A stretch of 64,000 nt of DNA from an uncultured Poribacteria bacterium. Lineage in GTDB: Bacteria; Poribacteria; WGA-4E; WGA-3G. Each line of letters starts with the position of its first letter. Within the stretch, counting starts at the first letter, position 1. The notes under the pieces are model-generated. The model did no database searches, was not told where the DNA came from, and saw only the letters and a program-made list of their open reading frames with translations. Positions 9,623 through 19,125 of the stretch are shown here, piece by piece. Position numbers and translations under genes: made by a program. The stretch spans positions 79,887 to 143,886 of the forward strand of contig CATQHZ020000002.1 of the NCBI GenBank assembly GCA_958296135.2, read 5' to 3'.

Positions 9623-11185
9623 TTATATTATTTCTAATAGATCAGCTTGATTATCTTCTACATGTGGATCCATTTTTCTGCTAATTTTAATTCTATCTGG
9701 CAATTTAATTAATTGATTAATTGACTCTGGATTGTCAAAATATTCTTGAGTTATTTGCCAGAATTGTATTTTTTTATATTGAATGCCATTATGATTAAAG
9801 TTTCCCATTTTACTGCCTTCTTCTTTCATTCCAGCACTAACTTTTTCCACAGTAATGAATACTCCGGCTATCGCATTATTTTTCTTTACTGATTGACAAA
9901 ATGCTCTAACCTGAGCCAGTGTTGGTTTTCCAGATTTGACTTCTGCTATAACAATTCCATCATTTAGTTTCATATTTTGCGGAACCCATACCTCGACATC
10001 GCCAACTCCATCATAACCTCCATCATTAGAATTCTGAGTTGGATTTAATCCTATTCTTGTAACCGCCCAATTAGCAAAATCATGATAAGATTTATTATTC
10101 TTAACTAATTCATGAACTTCCTGCATATTGGTCGGATAACCTTCCAAATCATAATCAATACAAGCTTTTAATTTATATCTTTCATATATCCGATCTTTCA
10201 TTGGTTCAAGAGCTAGTAATGTAAGATCTATTCCTTCCCAACGTCTTCTTTTTGCTTGAGCCGCATCAATTGTTGTTCCGCAACCAGCAAATGGATCTAA
10301 AACTAAATCTCCTTTATTTGAAGATGCTTCAATCATCATTTCATATAATTTTCTTGGCTTTTGAGTTGGATAACCTGTTCGCTCTTTACTCTGAGTTGCT
10401 GTACCAAAACTAGGTATATCAGTCCAATAATCTGGAGTTGGAATTCCTAAATATTCATCAAGATACTTTCTTTTTCCATGTTCTTTGGTATAAACCTTAT
10501 ATCGTCTTCCATCTTCATCAATTTTAGGAAATCTTTTTTCAAGATCTTCTTGACTTATATTTTGATACAATCGATTGAAAGTAGACTTATTTGATTTTCT
10601 ATAAAATAGAATATTATCATGCTTTCTTGGATACCCATACTTAGGAGGATTTCCTTTAACTGCATATGTCCAGATTATTTCATTTAGAAAATTTTCGTTA
10701 TCGCAATTATTTTTTTGATCAAAAACAGCATCAAAAATTACTTTTAAATAATGGCTTGCTGTCGGATCGCAATGCAGATAAATACTTCCTGTCGGTTTTA
10801 AAATTCTATGCATTTCAACAATTCGTGGCCCCATAAAAGCTAAATATGAACGCATAGCACCACGCCATCCAGTTTCTTTATGTTGCAATAAATAATCACA
10901 GCCAATTAGAGCTTGATCAACTGAACTATAAACCGTATCATTTAATAAATCATCTTTAGCTCTAATCCGAATATCTTCTCTAGAATTTTCTGCCGATTTA
11001 TCGTAAAACCATATATCGGTAAATGCTTTCTTTTGAGCTTGCGATTCTAAAAAGTCGTTATAATCTCTTCCACTATTAAAAGGTGGATCTGTGCATATTA
11101 TATCAACTCTATTAGACTTCATTTCGCGCATTACTTCTAAATTATCGCCAAAATAAAGTTTATTTCTCATTATCATCTCCTTCAA
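9623..11185 (-). CDS. Beta-class N6/N4 DNA methyltransferase fused to Mrr-like endonuclease-fold domain
   Basis: TDPPFN motif IV, YPTQKP, VLDPFAGCGTT motif I; C-terminal DGGYDG...EVKSG; probable start MRNKLY at 11170. Confidence 0.9.
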   Translation of the reverse strand: MKEMIMRNKLYFGDNLEVMREMKSNRVDIICTDPPFNSGRDYNDFLESQAQKKAFTDIWFYDKSAENSREDIRIRAKDDLLNDTVYSSVDQALIGCDYLLQHKETGWRGAMRSYLAFMGPRIVEMHRILKPTGSIYLHCDPTASHYLKVIFDAVFDQKNNCDNENFLNEIIWTYAVKGNPPKYGYPRKHDNILFYRKSNKSTFNRLYQNISQEDLEKRFPKIDEDGRRYKVYTKEHGKRKYLDEYLGIPTPDYWTDIPSFGTATQSKERTGYPTQKPRKLYEMMIEASSNKGDLVLDPFAGCGTTIDAAQAKRRRWEGIDLTLLALEPMKDRIYERYKLKACIDYDLEGYPTNMQEVHELVKNNKSYHDFANWAVTRIGLNPTQNSNDGGYDGVGDVEVWVPQNMKLNDGIVIAEVKSGKPTLAQVRAFCQSVKKNNAIAGVFITVEKVSAGMKEEGSKMGNFNHNGIQYKKIQFWQITQEYFDNPESINQLIKLPDRIKISRKMDPHVEDNQADLLEII

Positions 11186-11384
11186 GATCTTTTAAATATA
11201 GTTCTATGTCTAGCGTTTGTTCTACGAATGTATAAGCATCATATAAACCTTCCAGAATTTCTTTAATTTCTGGAACTTTATCCTCACCATGTTTTTCTAC
11301 AATATCTTCGATCGCATCAAGTAAATGATCAAGAGCTATATCTACATCTCGTATTAAGCTGTGGTCGAATCTTTCTTCTGGCAT
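11160..11384 (-). CDS. Acidic hypothetical protein
   Basis: 74 aa, GGAGG RBS. Confidence 0.6.
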   Translation of the reverse strand: MPEERFDHSLIRDVDIALDHLLDAIEDIVEKHGEDKVPEIKEILEGLYDAYTFVEQTLDIELYLKDLEGDDNEK

Positions 11385-11527
11385 TCGTCCTCCTCCTTGT
11401 CAACTACCTTATATTCCCACCCATTTCCACCCCAAACTCTAATCATTTCTTTACCTTCTGGCAAATTAATTTGTGCCTGAGAACCTAATATTGCCATCGC
11501 AACTTCATAAAAGTTATACTTTTTCAT
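11354..11527 (-). CDS. Small hypothetical protein (57 aa)
   Basis: Hand translation MKKYNFYEVAMAILGSQAQ...; fills the gap between genes. Confidence 0.5.
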   Translation of the reverse strand: MKKYNFYEVAMAILGSQAQINLPEGKEMIRVWGGNGWEYKVVDKEEDECQKKDSTTA

Positions 11528-11532
11528 TTAAT

Positions 11533-12642
11533 TTATCCTACTAGATCTTTGACAGCCTGATATACTCCAGACATTTCTTGCTTATTAAATCTATGAGATA
11601 TTTGACGTAAAATATCGGTCACAGAAAGATCGTGGTCCAGATCTTTCATGGCGAGTTCTACACGTCTTTTAAATGTAAATCTTTGATCGAATTCATCTAG
11701 GACTTTTTGAATTCTGCGTTCGCTAAGTTCTATTTGCTGTTTTGGGAACTCTTCTAGAAGTAATGCGCATAGCGATTTATGATCTACTTTATCAAAGACT
11801 TCTAAAACGTTATTTGCTGTGGCTCTAATAATATTGACATCCAACGGATAGGAAGCCCAATGAATCTTCTCAATACTAGTCGGTTTACATTTAAATAAAT
11901 GCCATTTGTAATCTTTATCTTGTAAATACCATACAGATCCTTCTTCACCTTTGAATCCTTTTTCTGTGACTATTAAATTCTTTTCCCATTCTTGCTGTTC
12001 TAATTGATAATTAAAGATATAGTCACAATCATAAACGTTTAATAGTTCTGCGGATGGTATTTTACTGCTATAACTTAATCCCGCCGCCGGATCAATGCTA
12101 AAATTAGATGGTGGATGTATTTGGATATCGTCTTCCGTCTGCTCCAAAGCAAATAGAAATTTGATATCTAATTTATGATCATACTCAATTAAATGATGAT
12201 GATCTTTGCCATACATTTCAAATGCGAACCCAGTTAAGAATGGATACTCCTGAAATAATGTTGGTATATTTATGTATTGCACTAAACATAACTTCCATTT
12301 GTCAAGAATAACGCCACGCAAGAATGGAAATAACCGCACCTTAAACGTGGTATAAATATGACCATTATATTTATAACGATACATGAAAATATTAGTGCCA
12401 TCATACTTTCTATACGAGAAAATCCGATACGCACTTGGAAATTTCCAATTACCGCTTTGATTAAATGGATATTTCAACTTTGGTGTTCCATAAATAGTTT
12501 GCGGAGCAGGTTCTCCATTAATTTTATGAATTATCAACGCACCATACTTGTGACCTTTATCCATAGAAATTTCACAATCAAGTTCGTTGCCTGGATTAAA
12601 AGGATCACGCTCTAAGAATTTTCTCGTATTTTTAAATGTCAT
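11533..12642 (-). CDS. Nucleotidyltransferase-superfamily (RNA ligase-like) protein
   Basis: Motif I KYDGTN, FEMYG, EGSV, FKCK. Confidence 0.7.
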   Translation of the reverse strand: MTFKNTRKFLERDPFNPGNELDCEISMDKGHKYGALIIHKINGEPAPQTIYGTPKLKYPFNQSGNWKFPSAYRIFSYRKYDGTNIFMYRYKYNGHIYTTFKVRLFPFLRGVILDKWKLCLVQYINIPTLFQEYPFLTGFAFEMYGKDHHHLIEYDHKLDIKFLFALEQTEDDIQIHPPSNFSIDPAAGLSYSSKIPSAELLNVYDCDYIFNYQLEQQEWEKNLIVTEKGFKGEEGSVWYLQDKDYKWHLFKCKPTSIEKIHWASYPLDVNIIRATANNVLEVFDKVDHKSLCALLLEEFPKQQIELSERRIQKVLDEFDQRFTFKRRVELAMKDLDHDLSVTDILRQISHRFNKQEMSGVYQAVKDLVG

Positions 12643-12644
12643 GA

Positions 12645-12812
12645 TTAGTCCTCATTTATCCAAAATAATGCAGTTGCTGTAGCTAACGCTACTAACGATA
12701 AAAATATGATGGCAGCCCATTTCATTATTTCAGTTTGAAGATTAAATCCCGCTAGAACTACTCCAACAGGCATCAATAATACTAAAACTGCCTTTCCAAA
12801 TGATTTTAACAT
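12645..12812 (-). CDS. Small two-TM membrane protein (55 aa)
   Basis: Hand translation MLKSFGKAVLVLLMPVGVVLAGFNLQTEIMKWAAIIFLSLVALATATALFWINED. Confidence 0.6.
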   Translation of the reverse strand: MLKSFGKAVLVLLMPVGVVLAGFNLQTEIMKWAAIIFLSLVALATATALFWINED

Positions 12813-12894
12813 AATTACCCCCTATTTGATAACATCAAAAACAAAATAACCCATAAACAAATCGAAGTAAATTCATCCATGATTTAAGCTCCCA

Positions 12895-13755
12895 TTAAAT
12901 TAATTTAACAGTATCACCATATCTTTTAGGAAAGATTACTACTTCTTTGGCTGATTTATGAGTATTTGTTCCTTGATTCCACCATTGATGTTTAATAATA
13001 AAATCATCATCAGAATAAAGATCAAGAATCAATTCATGATTATTATATGATAACATCCATAAAGAATTACGATTTCTTAATATGTCTCTAAGTTCTTCAT
13101 GATTAAAATCAGTATGAAATTTATGGCTATCTCCATATAAGTTTCCGCGTACTGGATATGGAGGATCAAGATATGTGAACGTATCCGGATACCGATTTAA
13201 TTGATCTTTGTAATCTAAAAGATCTACTGTTATTAATGAATTACGAAAGACATCTAATCTATCAAAGAATGTCATTCGATCATGTTCATATCCTTTTAAA
13301 TATGCATCCCGACCAATAATAACATAATTTCTTAAACCAGCAAATGGTATTCCATTCCATGAAAGACAATAAAACAACCATAAATACGCCGCCCGATCAA
13401 GATTATTTGTAATTTTAAAATAATCTTCTTTTTGAAGTTCTTTTAATTCTTCTCTTGTATCACTAAGTAATATTTCTTGTGCTCTTCTAGATAAGTTTTT
13501 ATTATCAGTTAAAATATGCTTCCATAAATTAACCAGCGGTTCAAATAGATCAGATCCAAGCACCCTAATATTTCTACCAGTCAAATACAATTCAAAAGAT
13601 CCGCCACCAAAAAATGGTGATACTACTTCTTTCGTACCTGGAGGTAGAATATTAGCGAAATGTTTTGCTGCTGTAGATTTACTTCCTGGATATCTAAATA
13701 CTCTATCTACAGATCTATTATCTTGTTCAAAGAAATTGAACTGTTTATTAGGCAT
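12895..13755 (-). CDS. Dam-like (D12 class) DNA adenine methyltransferase
   Basis: RYPGSK, SPFFGGGS, YLDPPY, WMLSYN motifs. Confidence 0.9.
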   Translation of the reverse strand: MPNKQFNFFEQDNRSVDRVFRYPGSKSTAAKHFANILPPGTKEVVSPFFGGGSFELYLTGRNIRVLGSDLFEPLVNLWKHILTDNKNLSRRAQEILLSDTREELKELQKEDYFKITNNLDRAAYLWLFYCLSWNGIPFAGLRNYVIIGRDAYLKGYEHDRMTFFDRLDVFRNSLITVDLLDYKDQLNRYPDTFTYLDPPYPVRGNLYGDSHKFHTDFNHEELRDILRNRNSLWMLSYNNHELILDLYSDDDFIIKHQWWNQGTNTHKSAKEVVIFPKRYGDTVKLI

Positions 13756-13774
13756 TATTTTTTAGTCTCCTTGT

Positions 13775-13817
13775 TATATTATTAAAATATTAAATTTTCA
13801 ATCCCTTTTAAATCCAA
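13775..13817 (-). promoter_or_regulatory. Class-A promoter repeat, copy 2
   Basis: TATATTATTAAAATATTAAATTTTCAATCCCTTTTAAATCCAA. Confidence 0.8.
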
Positions 13818-13998
13818 TATTTTTTGGGGAGCAATAAAAATTTTCAACTCCCATATTGGGCTCCGAAAAGTTTTCCCAACGCCGCCTTAAACCCGCCATA
13901 ATGGGGCTTCTCCAACTCCCAATTGGGTTTGGGGCTCCATATAAAGGGGAGCCCATAGTTCATAGGTACTAAATAAAATTGAACTTTTTATTTTCAAT

Positions 13999-14511
13999 CT
14001 ATTTACGCGATTTATTCTGCTTTAAGTAGTGAGATAAAACTTCCTGAATTACTGGAACTGGTATTAACTGCTTAAGAGCATTTCTCTGTGCTTTATGAAC
14101 AGCTTTCGTAAAAGCAAACGGATCATTTTTCTTAAATGCTTTTTTCGGTTGTTCACAAGCACCATATCTTGAAGATCCTGTTATTGTATCAACCGCTTTG
14201 GCAATCGCTCTCCAAGCGTCTTCAGTTTCTTCATATTGAATTGACTCGATCTCCAGACCACCACGCCGATTAGCGGCTTCATTAATACCCGCTAACGTTA
14301 ATCCTTGAATTGTTCTTCCACCCGATTTGATCGAGTAGACATAATCCTGAATTGCATGACCTCTCATATCAGCAATAATTGATTCGTCATCAATGATCTG
14401 AAGTTTTGTTCCAAATTCTTCCAATGGCTCTCCATCGCTAGTCACCGGAATTCCATCGCTTGATATTACAGCTTCTTTATTCTCCATTAGTTTCTCCTTG
14501 TTTGTGTTCAT
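13999..14511 (-). CDS. Possible Rad52/Sak-like single-strand annealing protein
   Basis: GLTLAGI...AKAVD...G...FTKAVHKAQRNALKQLIP resembles the annealase fold; probable start 14487. Confidence 0.45.
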   Translation of the reverse strand: MNTNKEKLMENKEAVISSDGIPVTSDGEPLEEFGTKLQIIDDESIIADMRGHAIQDYVYSIKSGGRTIQGLTLAGINEAANRRGGLEIESIQYEETEDAWRAIAKAVDTITGSSRYGACEQPKKAFKKNDPFAFTKAVHKAQRNALKQLIPVPVIQEVLSHYLKQNKSRK

Positions 14512-14896
14512 TATATATTACTTCAATTTCTAGATCCTGCAAATCCAACTTAGAATGCTTTTTCAAAACATTAAACGTATCTTCTAAAGAATCAGCAATA
14601 ACTTCCATTGTCTTTAATCCTTTAAGAGTTATGTTTTCAGATACAATAATAACGCATGTAATTTTATTAGACCCTTCTTCAGACGTAACTAGTAACACCG
14701 GATTAAAATCTTCAAACTCATAACTAGAAGTCATTACCATCATTTTTAAAAAATGAATTTCTAAATCATGTGTTATTCTATCGAATACAGTATACTCTAT
14801 CGGTTGATCTAACAAACTAATAAAGTTCTGGCTAGAAACTACCCCAACTCCAATACAAATAACACATAAAATTACGATCAATAATTTATTTGTCAT
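14477..14896 (-). CDS. Membrane-anchored or secreted hypothetical protein
   Basis: N-terminal hydrophobic helix KLLIVILCVICIGVGVV. Confidence 0.6.
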   Translation of the reverse strand: MTNKLLIVILCVICIGVGVVSSQNFISLLDQPIEYTVFDRITHDLEIHFLKMMVMTSSYEFEDFNPVLLVTSEEGSNKITCVIIVSENITLKGLKTMEVIADSLEDTFNVLKKHSKLDLQDLEIEVIYNEHKQGETNGE

Positions 14897-15224
14897 TTTG
14901 TTTTACCTTATTAAGATTTTCAGCCATACTTTGAAGATCGTTTCTTCTTAATTCTACTTCTTGTCTAATACTATTAACATGTGCCCGATATAAATAAAGA
15001 TTATTTTCTGCTATTTCATGCGATATAACATAACTTATAAATAGGCGATCTAGAATCTTTCTAATTAAGCGACATTGATCTTCATTAAATGTTGAAGCAT
15101 TATACATACCTCTTTCTGATGCGTAATCCAACAGAAAACCTAATTCTTCTTCATCGAAGTTCGTTCCTAATTTTGGATGATCTAATTTACGTAAAATTTG
15201 TTCTGGCGTTTGTTCTTTTGACAT
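14886..15224 (-). CDS. Hypothetical protein
   Basis: 112 aa, coupled to neighbours. Confidence 0.6.
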   Translation of the reverse strand: MSKEQTPEQILRKLDHPKLGTNFDEEELGFLLDYASERGMYNASTFNEDQCRLIRKILDRLFISYVISHEIAENNLYLYRAHVNSIRQEVELRRNDLQSMAENLNKVKQNDK

Positions 15225-15225
15225 T

Positions 15226-15960
15226 TTATTCTCCTTGATAGAAATAAAACCACTGTTCCATACATAATTGATAAAACAGCTTCTTTGATCTTGAATTAAT
15301 ATCTGCGATTCCTGGATCGATTATTACTTTAAACCATACTATAAATTCATGTAGCCTACTTATAAGATCATCACTTTTTGAATTCCATTCTTCAAATACT
15401 AATTTACAAGCTAATTTCCGAAAACTTTCAGTATACTCATCACGCCAACCTTTACTTTCTGTAAGTTGATTAAGTTCTTGAATCTTAAGTATGATGTTAT
15501 TTGTTCCGCTTGTTTCTTCCCAAAGCTTTTTTCCATAAGCCGTTGCTTGCTTAATCAACTCAGATTCTCTTTGATACGAATCCTTTGTTTCTCCTTCATC
15601 TTTTCCAAGTAAAACTACCTTGGTTATCCTTTGTAATTTATGCTTCTTATTTAATGTGACCCGAGCCTGAAATGTTATTTGATCATTTACCTTAAGTATT
15701 GAACTCCATTGCCCACAATTTAACCATAACTCATCAAATAGTTGACCTTTTACGTTCTCCATTAATGGATAATCGTCACAAATGCTAGCGACTCTATCTG
15801 GATCTAGACGAACATTTGATAAACATATAATTCTTTGTGGTCCAGCATATCCCATTGTTTTATCAAACTTGGTTACCGTCGCATTAAATGGCCATCTAAC
15901 ACCATCAAGTAATTTTAAATTATTTCTGTCCATGTTATTGGCTCCATACACTTTGGACAC
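15226..15960 (-). CDS. Hypothetical protein (possible OB-fold N-terminus)
   Basis: 244 aa; probable start MDRNNL at 15933. Confidence 0.6.
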   Translation of the reverse strand: MSKVYGANNMDRNNLKLLDGVRWPFNATVTKFDKTMGYAGPQRIICLSNVRLDPDRVASICDDYPLMENVKGQLFDELWLNCGQWSSILKVNDQITFQARVTLNKKHKLQRITKVVLLGKDEGETKDSYQRESELIKQATAYGKKLWEETSGTNNIILKIQELNQLTESKGWRDEYTESFRKLACKLVFEEWNSKSDDLISRLHEFIVWFKVIIDPGIADINSRSKKLFYQLCMEQWFYFYQGE

Positions 15961-16562
15961 TTTCCATTACGAACTCGTTTAAGTAATTTCTTTCTCTTCC
16001 ATTCTTGCCCACAAGGGCAAACTCCTTTCCATTTATCTAGTCCGTGTTTAATCGTATGACAAATACTAGCCTTACATCCAATTGATTTCGCCGTCTGCTT
16101 CCAATAAAAGTCATGTCCATGACCTGGACCTACTATTGCATGCGCTATTTCATGCAATACAGTATCAAATAATTCTTCCTTTGAAGCATTCATGCAGTAA
16201 GTTACTGATAAGCTAATTGTTCTAGTTCCGTATCTGCAAACACCACCACGATTTTGTGCTAAATCAAACCCAAATTCCCAGTCATGCAAATTGAATTCTT
16301 TTAGTTTATCATGTGCGAAATTATAAACTTCTTCTAGTGATACTTCAGGCACTACTGATCGCTCTTTAATATTTAATATACTATAAGGAACTTTCCAAAT
16401 AGTACTATTTGATCCTACCGCAACCCGAGCTTTATCTTTATTTAATTTTCTTACTTGTCCCCGCATAATTCCCTTTCTTGTAGGAAATGTTACAATTGTT
16501 GATGGCGGATAAAATTGACCTGGAAAACTAGAATCAAGCAGCATAATTAGCATCCTCCCCAT
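15915..16562 (-). CDS. SprT-like Zn metalloprotease
   Basis: VLHEIAH, GHGHDFYWK, CPC...CPKC zinc ribbon. Confidence 0.85.
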   Translation of the reverse strand: MGRMLIMLLDSSFPGQFYPPSTIVTFPTRKGIMRGQVRKLNKDKARVAVGSNSTIWKVPYSILNIKERSVVPEVSLEEVYNFAHDKLKEFNLHDWEFGFDLAQNRGGVCRYGTRTISLSVTYCMNASKEELFDTVLHEIAHAIVGPGHGHDFYWKQTAKSIGCKASICHTIKHGLDKWKGVCPCGQEWKRKKLLKRVRNGKCPKCMEPITWTEII

Positions 16563-16806
16563 AAACTTCTTTATATAGTTCGTTAATTCGTTCTAAGTTT
16601 TTTGATACCCATTCCATTAGCTCGTGATAATCCCAACCCATTAGATCGCCTACAATATAGAATTCACCATAAGAGTAAAAGAATTCGTCAAATGATTTAA
16701 GCATATCTTCTTTATATGTTTTAAACTTTTCTTCAATTAGCGGATCTGGATAGATAAATTCCTCCAGATACCGCTCTGCCAGCTTCCAATACTTTTCGCG
16801 ATCCAT
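16534..16806 (-). CDS. Hypothetical protein
   Basis: 90 aa, RBS GGAG. Confidence 0.6.
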   Translation of the reverse strand: MDREKYWKLAERYLEEFIYPDPLIEEKFKTYKEDMLKSFDEFFYSYGEFYIVGDLMGWDYHELMEWVSKNLERINELYKEVYGEDANYAA

Positions 16807-16818
16807 AGTTTACTCCAA

Positions 16819-17358
16819 TTATTTAATCATAGATAAAAACTCTTGGCGAGCCGAATGATCTTTTCTAAATACCCCTTCCATTGCACTTGTGATCATATAA
16901 GCGTCTTGTTTTTGAACTCCTCTCATTGACATACAAGTATGCCGAGCTTTACATATAACCCCAACTCCCAACGGATCTAATAAATTCGTTAAAGTATCAG
17001 CTATTTGATTTGTTAATCTTTCTTGAACTTGTAATCTCCTAGCAAACATATCTACGATACGCGGAATTTTACTAAGTCCAATAATTTTTCCATGTGGAAT
17101 ATATCCAACATCACAAGAACCCATAAATGGGAGCAGATGATGTTCACATAAACTATGAAATTCTATATCACGGACTACAACCATTTGATCATAGTTTCCA
17201 TGAAATACCGCATTATTTAAAAGTTGTTCTGGATCAATAGAATATCCAGCGGTTAAGTCTTTCATTGCCTGAGCGGCTCTTGATGGAGTCTTTAATAATC
17301 CTTCTCGTTCAGGATCTTCTCCAATTGATTCTAAAATGTTAAAGTAATGATGTACCAT
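16819..17358 (-). CDS. folE: GTP cyclohydrolase I
   Basis: [42 protein letters not shown]; ATG at 17358 overlaps upstream TAA. Confidence 0.97.
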   Translation of the reverse strand: MVHHYFNILESIGEDPEREGLLKTPSRAAQAMKDLTAGYSIDPEQLLNNAVFHGNYDQMVVVRDIEFHSLCEHHLLPFMGSCDVGYIPHGKIIGLSKIPRIVDMFARRLQVQERLTNQIADTLTNLLDPLGVGVICKARHTCMSMRGVQKQDAYMITSAMEGVFRKDHSARQEFLSMIK

Positions 17359-17522
17359 TATTCTCTCCACGGATCCCCATTCACCGCATAATATGTTAAA
17401 AATCCCACTATAATTACTACTATTAATGCGGCTATTATAAATCCAATCATATTCTTCCTTCCAAATACAAAATACGCTAGTATGATGATAAACGTAGCTA
17501 GTAATTCTATGAGTCCAATCAT
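17358..17522 (-). CDS. Small two-TM membrane protein (54 aa)
   Basis: Hand translation [54 protein letters not shown]; ATGA/TAATG coupling on both sides. Confidence 0.6.
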   Translation of the reverse strand: MIGLIELLATFIIILAYFVFGRKNMIGFIIAALIVVIIVGFLTYYAVNGDPWRE

Positions 17523-17602
17523 TTTTTGCTTCCGCTAAAAAGACAATATACTAAATATATTACTAATAACGTAGACACAAATCCAATAACAAAGTAACCC
17601 AT
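17519..17602 (-). CDS. Tiny single-TM protein (27 aa)
   Basis: [27 protein letters not shown]; TAATG/ATGA coupled. Confidence 0.55.
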   Translation of the reverse strand: MGYFVIGFVSTLLVIYLVYCLFSGSKK

Positions 17603-17805
17603 TATTCTTCCTCTATAAGCTTAACTATTTGCTCTAAGTTTTCAAATGCTTCAACTGAATTATCACCAATACCAGCAAACCAATGATAGCTTTCATTCTT
17701 ATGTTGAGCCATCCAGATAAATTCTGGTTGACCAGATTCATCACATTTATTCATTACTGGTCTTAATGTAGCAATAGTATTTAATAAATGTTCTCTATTA
17801 TTCAT
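17602..17805 (-). CDS. Hypothetical protein
   Basis: 67 aa, coupled. Confidence 0.55.
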   Translation of the reverse strand: MNNREHLLNTIATLRPVMNKCDESGQPEFIWMAQHKNESYHWFAGIGDNSVEAFENLEQIVKLIEEE

Positions 17806-18016
17806 CTTCCGAATCCTCGTCGTAATAATCTAATGTAGCCACAATCCTTAATAGCGATTCTCCAATAGCAGTAAATATAATTCCACATATTAGCATTCCA
17901 AATGGTATAGATAATACTACAAAAATCCAAAACCAGATTGATTGCGTATCAAAGATAGCAATCAATCCAGCAATTACCGCTGCCATTCCAGAAATTCCAA
18001 TTAAAAGATTACTCAT
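17798..18016 (-). CDS. Small membrane protein
   Basis: Two hydrophobic segments, acidic tail. Confidence 0.6.
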   Translation of the reverse strand: MSNLLIGISGMAAVIAGLIAIFDTQSIWFWIFVVLSIPFGMLICGIIFTAIGESLLRIVATLDYYDEDSEDE

Positions 18017-18022
18017 TATTGG

Positions 18023-18187
18023 TTATTCCTTTTTGTAATCAAAATCGACTTCCAGATCTCTAAAATCTATTCCCTGTATAATCAACAATTCTCGCACCGA
18101 TTCACGTAAATCATATTCAAAATGTTCTTTGTTTTCTACTTGAAAGTCAGTAACGCCTTTTATCTTAAGTTTAACATTGATCTGCAT
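18023..18187 (-). CDS. Small hypothetical protein (54 aa)
   Basis: Hand translation MQINVKLKIKGVTDFQVENK..., RBS GGAG. Confidence 0.5.
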   Translation of the reverse strand: MQINVKLKIKGVTDFQVENKEHFEYDLRESVRELLIIQGIDFRDLEVDFDYKKE

Positions 18188-18192
18188 TTGCT

Positions 18193-18525
18193 TTACTCCC
18201 CAAGAATTTCCTTATCCAGTGACTCGAGCCTAAATGCTTCTTCTCGAGCTTCGTTAAAATCAGCAATTAGTTCATTTAGATCTGATCTTTCGCATTCCAA
18301 GCTACGATTAAAATAAACTTGGAATTCGTCTTCATAATTAGGATCATCACAATCTTCTGGCCATGTTAATAACAAATAAATATAATCCCCTTCTACGAGA
18401 ACTTCTTCAATATGAAAATCATTTAAAGTATACATTTTGTTCGCGATTTCAATTCTGCATGATCTAAACATGTTATGATCATTCAATTCCCATTTAAACA
18501 TAAAACCATCTTGCTGTTCTTCCAT
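18193..18525 (-). CDS. Acidic hypothetical protein
   Basis: 110 aa, RBS AGGAG. Confidence 0.6.
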   Translation of the reverse strand: MEEQQDGFMFKWELNDHNMFRSCRIEIANKMYTLNDFHIEEVLVEGDYIYLLLTWPEDCDDPNYEDEFQVYFNRSLECERSDLNELIADFNEAREEAFRLESLDKEILGE

Positions 18526-18528
18526 CTT

Positions 18529-19116
18529 TTATCTCCTATATTTTGTTACAGTAAACGTTAATTTCTGACACGTGCTTGCCCATGAATCTGTTCTAAATGA
18601 CTTTTGTGTCCATACATCAGGACACCAATAATGTAAGAACTTTCTTTTACATCCCAACTTAAATAATGCTACTATGCTTTTAATATCGTATTGCACTGCA
18701 TTTCGCAATATACCCATTAATTCTCGTTTATAGAGTTCGATTTGATGCGTTACTGTTGTCGTTTGATATCGATTTAAGTTTTGTTTCGCCAAATTTGCTA
18801 GGCTTAGTCGTTGCCATAAATCACCTTCTATGTTCTCTAACATGGAGAATGATTTAAGATCAGTTAAAAGATCTTGGTTTGCATATCCATTAAGCACTTT
18901 TAAATCAAACTGACCATTAAAAGTAACTACCAAATCTGCTTCTAATAAAGTTCTAATTAATTTCTTAACATCCTTTTCTTCATAGATCCTATATGTTCTG
19001 GTGACGGCATTGTAAGTTGCCGCCACCGATAATCCTAATTGTTCTATGTTCTGCCAACTATCAGGATTTTGTTCATCAGCTTTCTGAGGTTTTACATTCA
19101 GATAAACTAATCTCAT
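18529..19116 (-). CDS. RNase H-like (YprB/RNase_H_2) domain protein, apparently degenerate
   Basis: LGLSVA..Y, ADLVVTFNGQFDLKVL, RLSLANLA; first-strand DxE replaced by NVK. Confidence 0.6.
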   Translation of the reverse strand: MRLVYLNVKPQKADEQNPDSWQNIEQLGLSVAATYNAVTRTYRIYEEKDVKKLIRTLLEADLVVTFNGQFDLKVLNGYANQDLLTDLKSFSMLENIEGDLWQRLSLANLAKQNLNRYQTTTVTHQIELYKRELMGILRNAVQYDIKSIVALFKLGCKRKFLHYWCPDVWTQKSFRTDSWASTCQKLTFTVTKYRR

Positions 19117-19125
19117 TTTTTACCT

